A DNA stretch of 63,765 nt, filler included, from Octopus bimaculoides (Eukaryota): NCBI RefSeq assembly GCF_001194135.2. It is 7 parts of 7 records of this genome, joined end to end, with 100 filler letters (N's around TTAATTAATTAA, not from the genome) between each part and the next. Parts side by side here need not be neighbours in the genome. Positions count along the whole stretch, not along the records: positions 21,677 to 37,295 come from NC_068983.1; 6 more parts are not named here. One strand, written 5' to 3'. Positions within the stretch are counted from its first letter, which is position 1. Every line of letters begins with the position of its first letter. Of the stretch, positions 22,491 to 36,274 are shown in pieces. Both the position numbers and the translations under genes were made by a program. The notes below the pieces were generated by a model that was given only the letters and a program-made list of their open reading frames with translations, made no database searches and was not told the DNA's origin.

Positions 22491-24606
22491 GTCCCAGCCT
22501 ACTACGTACCCTCTCTCCAGTCATTACATACTCAATATTCCTCTGGATCAAGAAAGTGATGTGCAAGTTGATTTCTTAGTTTGCTCTCGGCAACGTAGGT
22601 ACCTAAAATAATTAGCGAAAGCATAAAAGCATCATATATGCTACCAAGTCATATTCTCTCGCAAATGATGACTCGTCGTCGACTCCTTCTCGTTTCCTAA
22701 TATTTCTTTCATCGTTTGTAATTCCAAGAGAAATGATCAGTGAAGAAATGCCGGTGGCATGGTTTTGAATTGTGTGGGTTCCGACTTGTCATGAAGTGAC
22801 CTAGTTTTGAAGACATCTTTTGTTGCTCGTGAAATGTGACATGCAGGATGAGACAACAAAACTACAACGGATTGCCATCAGCACAGGTGTTCCATAAGTT
22901 GCACATTCCTATCCAGCTCGTCTGGCATTACCTTCTTCCGTGAGTTCAGCCGTTGATATCATGTCTGATCCACTTGTTCAGCCATTTAGTACTTTGACTA
23001 CGTTTTTTCGTGGTACGCTACTCTAGAACCACCCAGAACAGTGAGAACAGTCTCTCCTCGTGAAAGTCTTAGCCAGGGCGGTCTTGCTACGAAATCAAAG
23101 TTCTAGGTCATCACCTGAATATGACTGATCGCCTCGAGTCTGAGAAGAGGCTAAATGTTGCGCTTCACACAGTGAAATGCATTACTTCTATAGAGCCTTT
23201 GAGAGTGACGACTATGGACTATATTGAACCACCACCAAAAAGATGAGATGGTCATGGCGGGAGTGCCTTCGAAAGCAGGCTTCACGTAGAGCTAAATGAT
23301 AACAACAGCAGCAGCATCACAACAACAGCGATATAGCTAATACAGAAATTATATTTTATGCAAGATTGGAGTTGATTAAAATAAATTTCATTTCTGTCAT
23401 GATTTCGCTTAAAGATTCTAAACTTCTTGGAAGTTTTAGTCGAAAGAAAAATCTCGATTTAATAGCCTATTTAAATAAATGAAATAGTAACATCCACTCA
23501 AACATCCACACAATACATTCCTTCATTCATTAGAAATACGAATATAAATTAAATAAAACACAATGACGAAACTGCTAAATGCATTTTGTCTGGGGACATT
23601 TCATGACACATGCTAGTTTCAATTAGAAACACGACGAAAAGTTGTATTTTTATTCAACGACGCAAGAATCAATCGGTAACAAATGAAGTAATTAATTTTC
23701 GTTCTTTATTTAGATGACAATATTGAAGTGTGTGCAATAAACTATATGTGTGTGAATATATTTGCTGCTGACCGGCACTGCAATTAATGAAACACTTGTT
23801 AATGATAGTATGAGGTAATATTACATGGAAGGTAAACAAAAACAGAAAGATACAGAAATGATAATGGTAATCATTATAAAAAAAAAAAGACTAGGATTGC
23901 AATCAACAACAACAATAACAACGCATCAGCTTCAGCTGCAGCAGCAGTAGTAGCAGCAGTAGTAGCAGCAGTAGTAGCAGTAGCAATGACAGCAGCAACA
24001 ATAACAGCAACAACTACTGCAGCAAGTGTTCGACGATGAGGAGATGAAGCAATAGTTATTAACTCTTCTTTGTCAATGCAATTACAGTAGAAGATAATAA
24101 ACTTCCAAGAGTAATAAGGTGAGAAAGAGGGTGAGAAAGACAGAGGAACATAGAGAAAGGGAGAAAGTGCAAAATAGTGAAAGAGAAAGAGTGTGAAAGA
24201 GATAGGGAGAGAAGGAATGGAGAGAGATGCGCATTGACGCACAAACATATAAAATGTGCGTCATTGGAACACGTTCGAACAGCATGTCAATCATTTGAAA
24301 CCACTAATACAAGAGATGAGAGATGGATGAAGCCCGTAGGCGGGAAATTTTGATGAGAGATTCGCATGCTAGACACGGTCAAAGGCTTCACTGATGCCTA
24401 GAGCACAAGCATTGCAATTGCTGAACTTCTCGAAAGCAAGAAACCACTAGTGAGTGATATAAAAGACTAAGGTCTTCAGTAGATTTACCTCTGCGGAAGC
24501 CGTACAAAAGGACTGAGCGGAGAGTGCGGACGAGCGAAAGAGAAAGAGAGGTGGGAGAGAAAGATGAGAGACAGAGAAGGAGAGAAATAAATAGATAGAT
24601 AAATAG

Positions 24607-24677
<71 letters not shown>

Positions 24678-24729
24678 GATTCAAGGCGACGGAGAACATT
24701 GTTGTTAATGGCTGTCACCATTACCTTGG

Positions 24730-25430
24730 CAATGCAATAGTTGACTGGGTCGGAATATGTTGGAAGAGGACATATTGCAGAGTGTTTGCAAACAACAATT
24801 TATGAGTATAGAAGCAAGTTCTGGTATGTATTTCAAACAAACAAGGCCAATGGCCTTGTTTAAAACAACTAGAAGTAGTTCTAGTTCTAGCATGTGGTAT
24901 AAGTGGGGTTAGGAGCATATTGAAATAAAAAGGAGATAAATTTCGAGGCGATTGGCCAAAAGTATGTGGTGTGGAGTCAGTTGTAATGCGGGCGTACTGA
25001 TACACAAACACCTCAGACACGTTTAGGATATCTGTGTGTCAGTCTGCAGTGCGAGTAAAGGGTGAAACAAGTTGGTGTCAAGTCATGTGAGTAGTAAAGA
25101 GTTCAGCGTGGGTAGCTGTAGCATCGGAGTGGGACAAGTGTAAGCGCAATGAACTGCGAGCGTTAAAGTCACCTATGACTTTCGAGAGGGGGAGAAGTGA
25201 GACAGATGTAATTAACGAGTTGCTGTTGCTTTGAGGAGATTAGAGACTGATAGAAATGAAAGTAGTTAGGGGAATGTTAAAGAGAGACTTTGCGTCAAAG
25301 TAAGTAGAAGTTGTTGCTCCTGGAATTTAGGTGAGAAGCGAAAGACAGGATATGTGGAGTCTACGCATGTACATACACCACGCTCTGGATAAAAATTTGA
25401 GTAGAGAATGTATCTCAGGTAGCAAAGGTG
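24730..25430 (-). mobile_element. Decayed CR1-group LINE (APE plus RT N-terminal remnant, internally deleted)
   Basis: Minus-strand VIGDFNAR (25156-25179), HQLVSPFTR, and further left LNKAIG...LKYIPELASIL. Confidence 0.6.
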
Positions 25431-25469
25431 GATTCTGGAAAGATATATATATATATATATATATATGGT

Positions 25470-25995
25470 GTGCATCTTTTCTGCGCGCTGATTCTACCTA
25501 TCTTCCTCTAAAGCGCTGAGACCTGGACCATCCTAAAAAACACCTGATTAAGCTTGAGCTGTTCCAAGTACGGTGTCTTCGTCAGATCCTTGGTGTCTCT
25601 CTACGTGACCGAATCTCAAACAACAACATCCAAGAGCAATGCCAGCAGTAGAAGCCGACTATTGAAGACCCCAGTCCGGTTGCGCATGCTACAGTGGTTT
25701 GGCCAAGTTTGCAAGATGAGCACCGGAAGACTACAACACTAACTTTTAAGGTGGTAACGACCCATGCACTGGAGAATCCAGCGCAGCGCTCCGAAGAAGA
25801 CATGGGCGAAACAAACTGAGGAAGACCTGAAGTCGCAACACCTCGACCCCGAGCATGGTAAAATCACCGCCATGGATCGGAAAGCGTGGTCTAACATCAT
25901 CACCAGAGTCCGTCATCCAGCGGTACCCACAGCATCGTTGAGAGGACAGCCTCCCCTTCCGGTTGCCAGCTGGGAAATAAAGATGTGTAAGTGTA
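25470..25995 (+). mobile_element. RTE-clade LINE 3' fragment
   Basis: AETWTI...LELFQVRCLRQILGVSLRDRISN...RLRMLQWFGQVCKM...PKKTW...EDL...AMDRKAWSNII; short GTGTAA repeat at the end. Confidence 0.8.
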
Positions 25996-27939
25996 AGAGG
26001 TGATGTGTAGGATCTAAGTTGGAGAGATCTACGACATTTGAGAAAAGGAGAGAGAATTGGTCTAGGTTGGGGTGGGTTATTATTTTTTTTATCATGGAAA
26101 AGTGTAGAGAGTAATGGTGGGTGGGTAACCCACGGATATTCCCAATTTGGAGGCCTCATCAGAATGTTTGCACTACAGCAAACACCGATTAGACACCCAA
26201 GAGCCAGATGGTGGTTTCAAACCGAATGGCGTAGTGTATCTATCTCACAAGAAAACACAAAAAAAGGAGGGGTGTCCTTTTAACTCTATTGAAAATTGGT
26301 GGGGGGAATATTAGGAAGAACAAAAGAGAAATAGTGGAAAAAATAAAGGAGATTAGAAAATCTAAAAAGAGAAAAAGAAACTGAACGAAAGAAAGAGAAA
26401 CCACTGAAACCACAGTTGTAGTGGTGATAGTAGTAGTAGTAGCAGCAGCAGCAACAACAGTAGTAGGAGTAACAGCAGAAGTATCAGCAGTACCACTGAT
26501 AGTTGTGAGTGAAGCAGTAGTAGTTGTATTAGTAGTAGCAGCATTCGTGACAGAAGTGGTAATAATAATGGATGTGCTAGAAAGGTGGGGAGTAAAGTCA
26601 GTTCATGGAATTGAAGGTCAACTTCAGATGAATCTTCTAGAGGCAGGTGTTGCTGCCTCTCTTGTTGATTGTTGTTCAACGAGTATTAGCTGCCGTTATT
26701 GTAGCAGAAGAATATTAAATAGAATGTTTCTATTCTCCACCTTGAAACTGTTGCTGACGTAATTGTTATTATTCATCAAATATCAAAGTTGCTATTGTCG
26801 TTGCAGAGAGATGCTATGTTAGATTTTCGTAAATCTTTTGGTGTTTTTGCGGTCACAGATTTATCATGACAGGAATATTAAATAAAATATTTATTTTTGC
26901 TTTTGTTCTTACTATTGGTACCAAGCTTGCTGTTTGTTTTCATTCTAGTGAACTCTGGCTACAAAATATGAAAATATGAGGATGCTAAAATGACAGAGTA
27001 TAGCAAATATGTTTTATCTCATCAGATGAGCAAGTGGACACCAGAATACAACAAGGACTCCGTGTCACCAAAACAGACTAGAGGACGTCTTTTCTGTTGA
27101 GCACAGGGACAAGTTAACGAAGTGATTTCAGAAAGTGGGTTTGACGAAAATACTTGTGTTCCCAAGTTATATTGCAATAAAGATGAGGCACTTTAACATT
27201 ATGGAATATCCTGGTTTAATTAAAGTATTTTGATCATTAAGCTGGCAATAGCTTGAAAAGCAATGTAGATGGGATACAAATGAATAAAGAACCAAAAATT
27301 TCAAAAGCCGTGAGAATCATGTGAAAACTGAGGATCGCGGTGTACGAAGCTTCCAGTGGAGGTTGGTTGATATGGATTTTTAGGGAGCTACAATATGTCC
27401 TAACTAGTAGATACTGTCCTTGTTACGACTTTAAACTGTCACCTTGGTTTGGAAGATTCAGGGTTTTGAGGAGTGAGGCACCACCGCGTAGCCTCTGTTG
27501 CTCCCAGGTCTACTCTGACCGGAGTAATGGCACCTGTATCTGAGCTACGCACCCTATCGAGTAACGTTACTCCAGAGATCTTTCAGAGCAATGCAATCCC
27601 ATTTCGGACGTTTCTATTCACAATCCTTCCTGCTCACTTGGTCATTACCCAACATTCATGACCATAGGTGAAGATAGGCGCAAAAATCGAAATGGAGATA
27701 GCGAGTATGGTTTTTCACCAACTCCTTCTGTTAGGATCCCAGCTATGGGTTAAAATAGCATGTAACGATCCAAGTCAGGGTGCGTTGAAATCAAGGGATG
27801 CAACATAGTGGATGTAAACTATTTCAGCAAAATAATTTATTGAATCAATGGCGAATATTACTTGATGAGCAGATAAACAAATAAATGGTCATTGATCAGG
27901 ATCAACCAGTTTAGTTAGCGAACTACTGTTAATGACCTG

Positions 27940-28520
27940 CAACTGAGGCGAGTGGCGTGGATATATTCAAAACTTCTCCTGTAATTTCAAACTTCCTGAA
28001 GCGCAAGGTGTCATTGTGGAATACGAATCTCCAGTTATACCGCTCTAAAGGATTACTGACAACAAAAAGTATTAATATCAACTGTGACATTTTCCAAGGT
28101 GACTCATTTTCACCTCTAATATTTTGCATAGCCCTAATACCCCTTAGAAGTGAACTTAATAGAATAGGGTATGAGTATAAAATTGACAAGAAAATAAACC
28201 ATCTATTGTATGTAGATGACTTAAAGCTCTATGGCAAAGACGACAATGAGTTTGAAGGCCAACTGTGAAAGCATTCGGTGATGACATCGGGATGGAATTT
28301 GGTTTTGACAAATGTGTCAAAGTCACTTTCCAGAAAAGGAAAGAGAAGACCTCACATTCAGTGGTGTTAGATGTTGACACAGTTATAAAAGAACTTGAGC
28401 AGGAACAAACCTACAAATAACTCGGAATAAGTGGGGGTTCTGGCATTCAGCATCCAAACATGAAAGAAGGAATCAGGAAGGAATGTTACAGGAAAGTTCG
28501 TGCAGTCTTAAAACTCACGA
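27940..28520 (+). mobile_element. R4/Dong-type LINE RT core fragment
   Basis: ININCDIFQGDSFSPLIFCIALIPL...NHLLYVDDLKLY, frameshift, then DDIGMEFGFDKC...TYK*LGI. Confidence 0.88.
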
Positions 28521-28599
28521 TAAAGTGTGTGTGTATCTTCATTGGGTCTTATGCTGTAAATACCAATATGAAATAATAGAAAACTGGTATGAGCATGTA

Positions 28600-29090
28600 A
28601 CAAGTTAAGTTATGCAGGAAGATGGAAAAGTAACGATACTCTGGGACTATGATTTTCAGATGGATCGTGTAATCGATCACCGTCAGCCGGATATTGTCAT
28701 ATTGAATAAGAGAGAGAAATACTGTGAGATCATTGATGTAGCCATAACAAATGACATGAATTTTGCAAGTAAAGAGGTTGAAAAAATCACCAAGTACTCC
28801 GAATTGCAAGTGGAAATGGCAAGACTGTATGGAATGTGAGAGGGTAATGCAAAAGTGATATCAGTGGTGATCGGAGAGTTGGGCTCAATCCCATTGAAAC
28901 TTCAAGACTTCTTAATGCAATTGGAAATCCCATGCAAGATTGATGTCTTGCAAAAAGCAGCCTCATTGTGCACAGCGCACATCTTAAGGAAAGTATTATC
29001 TGTCTGAGGTCCTAGTTGTGACTTGACAGATGACTAAAGATTCTGGTGCATTTATACCTACACCGTGTTGCGAAGGAATAATAATAATAA
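28600..29090 (+). mobile_element. R4/Dong-type LINE 3' end (RLE domain, 3'UTR, (TAA)n tail)
   Basis: ILWDYDFQMDRVIDHRQPDIVILNKREKYCEIIDVAI...KEVEKITKYSELQVE...TAHILRKVLSV*; AATAATAATAATAA tail at ~29078-29091. Confidence 0.88.
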
Positions 29091-29091
29091 A

Positions 29092-29960
29092 GCACGTGAG
29101 ACAGATCGAAGAGAAACCACTGCATGGCTAATTTTGGAGAACCACTGAAGGCATATGTGGACCAAAATCCTGGGTTTGTTTAAAAAAGGGGTAATTAAAG
29201 AAAGAAGCAGAGAGCCTAATTGTATCGGTCCAAGATCAAGCGATAAAAAACAAATAGTCTGAGAAAAAATATATATGGAGAGAATGTGTTAGAAAAATGT
29301 AGAGCCTGTGGAACTTGGAACGAGACAGTGGCACACAATGTAGAATGCCCAAATTGGCACTGGGAGAATGTAAGAAATGAATGCACGACCAGGTTGTAAA
29401 AGTTTTACACTGGAAATTGTGCCACAAATGGAGTTTTGAAGCTGGAGACACATGTTACAATCATCGAGTCGAAAGAGTAGTAGAGTCGAAGAAATGTAAG
29501 ATTTTGTGGGACTTATTTTTTCAATCGGACAAGAAGTTAGAAAATAATGAAACAGATATTACAATCATAAATAAGGAAAAGCGAAGCTGCTTACTTATCG
29601 ACCCATCATGCCTGTTTGATTTCAAGATCGCAAAGAAAGTGGAAGAAAAAGAAAGAAAATACAATGCCCTAAAGTTTGAAATAAGAAGAATTTGGTGTAT
29701 GAGAACTGTAAAGGCCATGCCTATAATAATTGATGCGTAATCCAAGATATCGACAAATGGCTGAAGGAGACTGAAATAGAATGTCCGGAGGAGCTCCTAC
29801 AGAAAGTTTGTCTCTTAGGGACAGCAAGGATTATCAGGAGGGTTCTAAGCACTTGAAAGACTGCCGAAAACGTGTGGATACCTAAGGTTACAGGCAGTAT
29901 CCCGCTACTCACATATGTCTCATCAGGAACAAGACCAAACCTGAGCCAAACCAAAAATAA
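29092..29960 (+). mobile_element. R4/Dong-type LINE 3' fragment from another family (CCHC + RLE)
   Basis: EEKPLHG...ESLIVSVQDQAI...KCRACGTWNETVAH...HDQVVKVLHWKLC...ILWD...DITIINKEKRSCLLID...KY..LKFEI...LGTARIIRRVLST*. Confidence 0.88.
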
Positions 29961-30137
29961 TTGTATGCATATATGTATACACAATATGTATACCTGTATA
30001 AGAAACACGCAGATGATTCTCTATGTAGCTACATAGTTTGTCGGCGTTTAACTTTATAGACTGCGAGTGACTGAGGAAATCTGAGTATCAAGAAGATAAA
30101 TTCTCAGTTATTTCACTACACACATACACTCACGCAC

Positions 30138-30195
<58 letters not shown>

Positions 30196-30224
30196 TAGAT
30201 AGATAGATAGATAGATAGATAGAG

Positions 30225-30289
<65 letters not shown>
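30138..30289. repeat. (TCTA)n immediately followed by its reverse complement (AGAT)n
   Basis: Switch at ATCT-ATT-AGAT (~30190-30200). Confidence 0.95.
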
Positions 30290-30290
<1 letters not shown>

Positions 30291-30419
30291 GTGGATGTAC
30301 AACGTGGGAGTTGGACTTGTTGCTTTTCTTTCATAATTTTTATGAACAAGAATATTGTGTACAACCGTTGTGGAAGTGGTATTACAAATCGGTCGGTTGA
30401 ATAGTTACAATCCACATGG

Positions 30420-30600
30420 TACTTTCTGACTCATCACAGGATGATCTTTCACATGTACTAAATAGGTTCGCTTCCGAATGCTGCATGACAGGTATGAGAA
30501 GGATCTCTGTAGTAACATTATTCGACAAGGTGCGTAGTTCGGATATTGCAGAATCTCTCCAGGTCGAGCCACCATTTCTCTGGAGTGGGAGGCCACATCA
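30420..30600 (+). mobile_element. RTE LINE C-terminal fragment
   Basis: GMRRISVVTLFDKVRSSDIAESLQVEP. Confidence 0.6.
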
Positions 30601-31989
30601 AACATACATACATACCATGAAATTGCAATATTTTTACTAATTTCTTAGTCATGGATAGCAAAAGCGAAATCGACTGACTGTGTAAATATTTAATCTCATA
30701 AAAAAATACATGCATCTATGCATTTTGCTTCTCATATTTTCCCCTACATCTCATCACGTGGGGGGTGGAAAGAATTCTTTCCAACGAAACTTTTTACCGC
30801 ACACACACACACACACACACANNNNNNNNNNNNNNNNNNNNNNNNNNNNNNNNNNNNNNNNNNNNNNNNNNNNNNNNNNNNNNNNNNNNNNNNNNNNNNN
30901 NNNNNNNNNNNNNNNNNNNNNNNNNNNNNNNNNNNNNNNNNNNNNNNNNNNNNNNNNNNNNNNNNNNNNNNNNNNNNNNNNNNNNNNNNNNNNNNNNNNN
31001 NNNNNNNNNNNNNNNNNNNNNNNNNNNNNNNNNNNNNNNNNNNNNNNNNNNNNNNNNNNNNNNNNNNNNNNNNNNNNNNNNNNNNNNNNNNNNNNNNNNN
31101 NNNNNNNNNNNNNNNNNNNNNNNNNNNNNNNNNNNNNNNNNNNNNNNNNNNNNNNNNNNNNNNNNNNNNNNNNNNNNNNNNNNNNNNNNNNNNNNNNNNN
31201 NNNNNNNNNNNNNNNNNNNNNNNNNNNNNNNNNNNNNNNNNNNNNNNNNNNNNNNNNNNNNNNNNNNNNNNNNNNNNNNNNNNNNNNNNNNNNNNNNNNN
31301 NNNNNNNNNNNNNNNNNNNNNNNNNNNNNNNNNNNNNNNNNNNNNNNNNNNNNNNNNNNNNNNNNNNNNNNNNNNNNNNNNNNNNNNNNNNNNNNNNNNN
31401 NNNNNNNNNNNNNNNNNNNNNNNNNNNNNNNNNNNNNNNNNNNNNNNNNNNNNNNNNNNNNNNNNNNNNNNNNNNNNNGTGAAATTATTCACTGATCTCG
31501 AAAAAGTGAAAACAAGCAATGTTAAATCTCTGAACGAGGTATTAACAGTAACTGCACGACAAGGTGAAGTATATTTGCCACTTAAATGTGGCTGACAACC
31601 ACCCTATTCACTTGGAGCATTGGAACATTGTGTATTGCTTGTAAAATATAGCGTGTCTTGAATGACACAACAGTGCCGAATGGACTATAATTTCGGAATA
31701 CAAAATTTCCTTATTCAGATATCGCTAGGAATCATAACAGTTATTATAGTGCATTCTGCATTGCTGTTCAATTCAAGACATGTTATATTTTATATATACA
31801 TACATATACATATATATCTATATAATTATATGTGTGTGTGTGCAGGTCAGTGTGCGTGCGTATGTGTGTATGTGTGTGTGTATACACTTATACATTTCCA
31901 TACATTTTTTGCTTGGTCTTCTTTAGATCTGTATTTACATTTTCTGTTTTATTTATATTTATTCTTTTGTGAGCATCTTTTTTTCACAT

Positions 31990-32034
<45 letters not shown>

Positions 32035-32220
32035 NNNNNNNNNNNNNNNNNNNNNNNNNNNNNNNNNNNNNNNNNNNNNNNNNNNNNNNNNNNNNNNNNN
32101 NNNNNNNNNNNNNNNNNNNNNNNNNNNNNNNNNNNNNNNNNNNNNNNNNNNNNNNNNNNNNNNNNNNNNNNNNNNNNNNNNNNNNNNNNNNNNNNNNNNN
32201 NNNNNNNNNNNNNNNNNNNN

Positions 32221-32268
<48 letters not shown>

Positions 32269-33671
32269 TGTGTGTGTGTGTGTGTATATTTATACATATA
32301 TATATATGTGTGAATATATATGTATGTATATATATATACATATACATACATATATGTGTGCGTGTGTGTTTATATATACACGTATATATATGTGTGTATA
32401 TATATGCATATATATGTATATTTTCTTTTGGTTTTCTTTACTTTTTATATGAACCAGTTTCTTCCTTTGAAATATTTTATGGTTTATATTCATTGTTATA
32501 TTCTATATTTTATGCATATTGGTATAAATTATTTGTATGTTTATATATGTGTATATAATCCCTTTATTCTATACGTGCTCTTTCTATGTGGCTTTTCTGT
32601 TTTGTTTCTTATCTATTTATATATATTTCTTTACATGCAACGGTTATATATACATGTTAGCTTTTTGTATTCTAGACATAAATTATTTTAACTGTCACGT
32701 CTTATTGCACAGTTTCTAGTTTCTCCTCTCCAATGTTGCTTTCCTGTTGGCAATGAATTTCATTGGTTATTTGTCCTAGATATTTCTATCTATCATCCTG
32801 GTGTGGCTAAATTAGTGAAGTATTCAATTTTTTATTTGCAACGATGGATTGCAACCGCGTGTAATTAGAACTGGGGAAAAGCTAGGTTGTATTTATGTGT
32901 TACGTTTTACATAAGACATGTTTATATTGACTTGGAAACATATGTAGAGTGGATTTGCCTTCTCCTTCCTGCTCTCTTCATAGAGTTTATGCCGGCAAGA
33001 GAAAAATAACTCAGTATGTAAAGTAGATTTCATATATTGTCTGTTACCATGTATGATTAAAATCTAGAGTTTGTTTTCTGCTTGTGTGCACAGTGATTTT
33101 AGGGAAAGTAGTATATTGTGAGCACAATAAAATGTTTCCACAACTGTACTCTTAAACTTGAGACCTTTGTCTCGAAATATCTTCCAATTTCTGTGTCCTA
33201 TAAGTTTCAAAGACACCCCCACAAAAAAATTATATTATAGCTACATGTGTCAAATAGCTTTATTGAGGCAGCAAAAGATTAAAAAGAAAAACATTTTCGC
33301 ACGCAGGTAGCATGCAAGCATGCAGACATACATACAGAAACATACACCTACATTCCCATACACACAAGCCTTAGACACATAGGGAAGATATACATATCAA
33401 ACACACTCTTGCACTGATGTGTATTTGCGCAATTCTTGTAGTGAGCATATGTACACATATTAATACGTAAGTATGTAATATTTTCAGAATGAACACTATT
33501 GTAGCATACGAGTGAAGAAAGTACATTCAGAAGAGGGAAAATGAAAATAATATATACTTTGGATTTGAGAGGGAGTGAAAAAATATTTACTCTGCAAGGT
33601 ACATAATCTGTGTGTGTGGGTGTACGTATGCATATACGTATGTATGTATACATGTATATATGTGTGTATGT

Positions 33672-33732
<61 letters not shown>

Positions 33733-34659
33733 CATACACACACACACACACATATGAAAGTGTTATTGTTTTGGAGAACGACTTTTGTAGAATTTGTGTG
33801 TGAAAAACACATGTTACAAATGACACCAGGGGAATATCAGACACCTACGTTTCGATTTAATTTGATCTCTTTAATGATAGACACCACCTCCGTCTTCTAG
33901 AGCAAGACATAAACTTTCATTCTTTTAGAGAAATTAACAAAGAAAACGTGTGCTGAAGTTTACTAAGTTGGAATTAGCCAACGCATGACTATCAGCCATT
34001 GTCATTTAGTTTAATTTCGCCACTTCAATGATTGATACTGCCTCAGTCATTTAAATCTCGTCCTATTTTCACACACAAAGTGTACAGAGAGAATTTATTC
34101 CAAGAAACAAAACCGCGAAGCAAATGTGCGCATTTCTGAAAGTTTGCGCAGGATTATCAAATGCACGCAAGTGACATATTTGAAATCTGATGAATACTAA
34201 CATTCTCAGAAAACACTTATTCAAAGACCATTTCCTGTATTTACATACATATAAAATCAATATCCTCTATTTGCATGCATACATATATCTACACATACGC
34301 ACATACGTGCCTACGTAAATGGACAGTGAATATCAGCACAGGATAAGAGTTATCATAATTGTTTCCCCATACCACCACTTAAATATACTCAAGCTCATTT
34401 CCTATCAGTTTTCCTTTTCCATTACAAATCCATTTCCGTCAATAGTAAGTTTACAATCTCCATTATTAATAAATTTATATCACATATTCTGTGACTTCTG
34501 TCTGAAAGGATGTGTAGTAGAGAAAATTTCAGCAACTTACGTGAAAAATTGTGGCTTAAGTCTACAAATGTACGTATATGCAATGAGTTATAAAATTATA
34601 CACATACACACACATACGGACACATAAACTCACACAGATGTATGTATTTATTTTGTTGT

Positions 34660-34802
34660 TTAAGCGCGGTACTTATATTATTCTCTTTTGCCGAACCCCG
34701 AAGTTACGGGGACGAAAACACACCAATACCGGTTGTCAATTGGTGATGGGGGACAAGCACAGGCAACAAACACAAACAGGCAGAAGCATACATAATACAC
34801 AG

Positions 34803-34857
<55 letters not shown>

Positions 34858-34990
34858 ACGGGCTTCTTTCAGTTTAAATCTATCACGTCGGCGCAAGGCT
34901 ATAGTCAAAGACATGCCCGAAGCACCACGCAGTAGTACTGAACCCAAACTATGTGACTGGGAAGCAAGCTTCTTACCACGCGCCCGCACG
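34660..34990 (-). mobile_element. SINE family A, diverged and partial
   Basis: CTCTTTTGCCGAAC..AAGTTACGGGGAC...(CA)n...ACGGGCTTCTTTCAGTTT...CACGCAGT..ACTGAACCC. Confidence 0.8.
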
Positions 34991-35613
34991 CATGTTCACT
35001 GGTAGTAACTAGACACAATTAGATGATTTTCATGGCTGTCTCGTCTTAATATGTGCTATTGAGATATTTAGTAACAGAGAAATTAACTGAGAAAGAATGA
35101 ATCTCGAATATACATATAAACACATTTACAATACAGCAGATTTCCGGGACATCTACATGTTTCAGTGATTGATCGACCCTTCAGACTGTTTAGAATGAGT
35201 TAGATTTCGTGAAGTTCTCAATTTTGTAACTTTCATGTCTATCATAAATGTAATTACTCGTTGAGAAATTTAAGTGAATAATATTTCGCTTAAATGAGTT
35301 AATGACATGATTTGTGGGGTCTATGAGTTTCAAGTTATCATCAAACATAAATATATGTTATGTGAATAAATACTATATGACATTAACTTTCAAGAGTTTT
35401 TCAATGTTGAAATTATTCATTACGATTATGTTCCTGAGATACGTGTAGAAGGTGATATAAACTAACAAATTGCTGAGTGTGACTGTCATGCATTCATACA
35501 AACAAAGACACGCACAATGCATACATACGTGCAAAGATACTTACATACATACATACATACATACATACAAACATATACACATATGTTTAAATATTTATGT
35601 ATGTATGTAAATG

Positions 35614-35660
<47 letters not shown>

Positions 35661-35670
35661 NNNNNNNNNN

Positions 35671-35755
<85 letters not shown>

Positions 35756-36274
35756 CACGGTTCATCTGTCGGTTTGTGTACCTACATTTATACGCGTACA
35801 TACACATTTATTTAGACAGATACAGACATGCTTACACACACACACACCCACACAAATACGTAACCATATATATATATATGATTAATATTTATTTGTTTAT
35901 TTGCATAAATGTACGTGCATGTTACATCATATATTTTATGTGTGTGTGTATATATATATATACATATATATATATATTTACAAACATATATATATATATA
36001 TATATACACATATATATATTTACAAATATTTATATATACATATGTATATACATATATATATATTTATATACAAATATATATATTTATCTATAAATATATT
36101 ATAAATAAAAGCAAAAGAAAACATTTCTATGCCAATGTATATATATATAATTATAATTTCTTAAGTAACCAGAAGATGGGATTTGGATTAATCTTATTTT
36201 GTATAACGGGCGTTTCAAACCATCCTGCCACTTCAAACTATCCACCAATTTTTGTTTATTTTTAGATCATTTAA

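Noticed and set aside
22740-23290. GC-richer segment that might be an exon or TE
   Set aside because: No recognisable protein motif in the frames I read and no second copy; left unassigned.
27340-27560. Possible further SINE-like fragment on the minus strand
   Set aside because: Single, diverged copy recognised only from memory; not supportable from the window.
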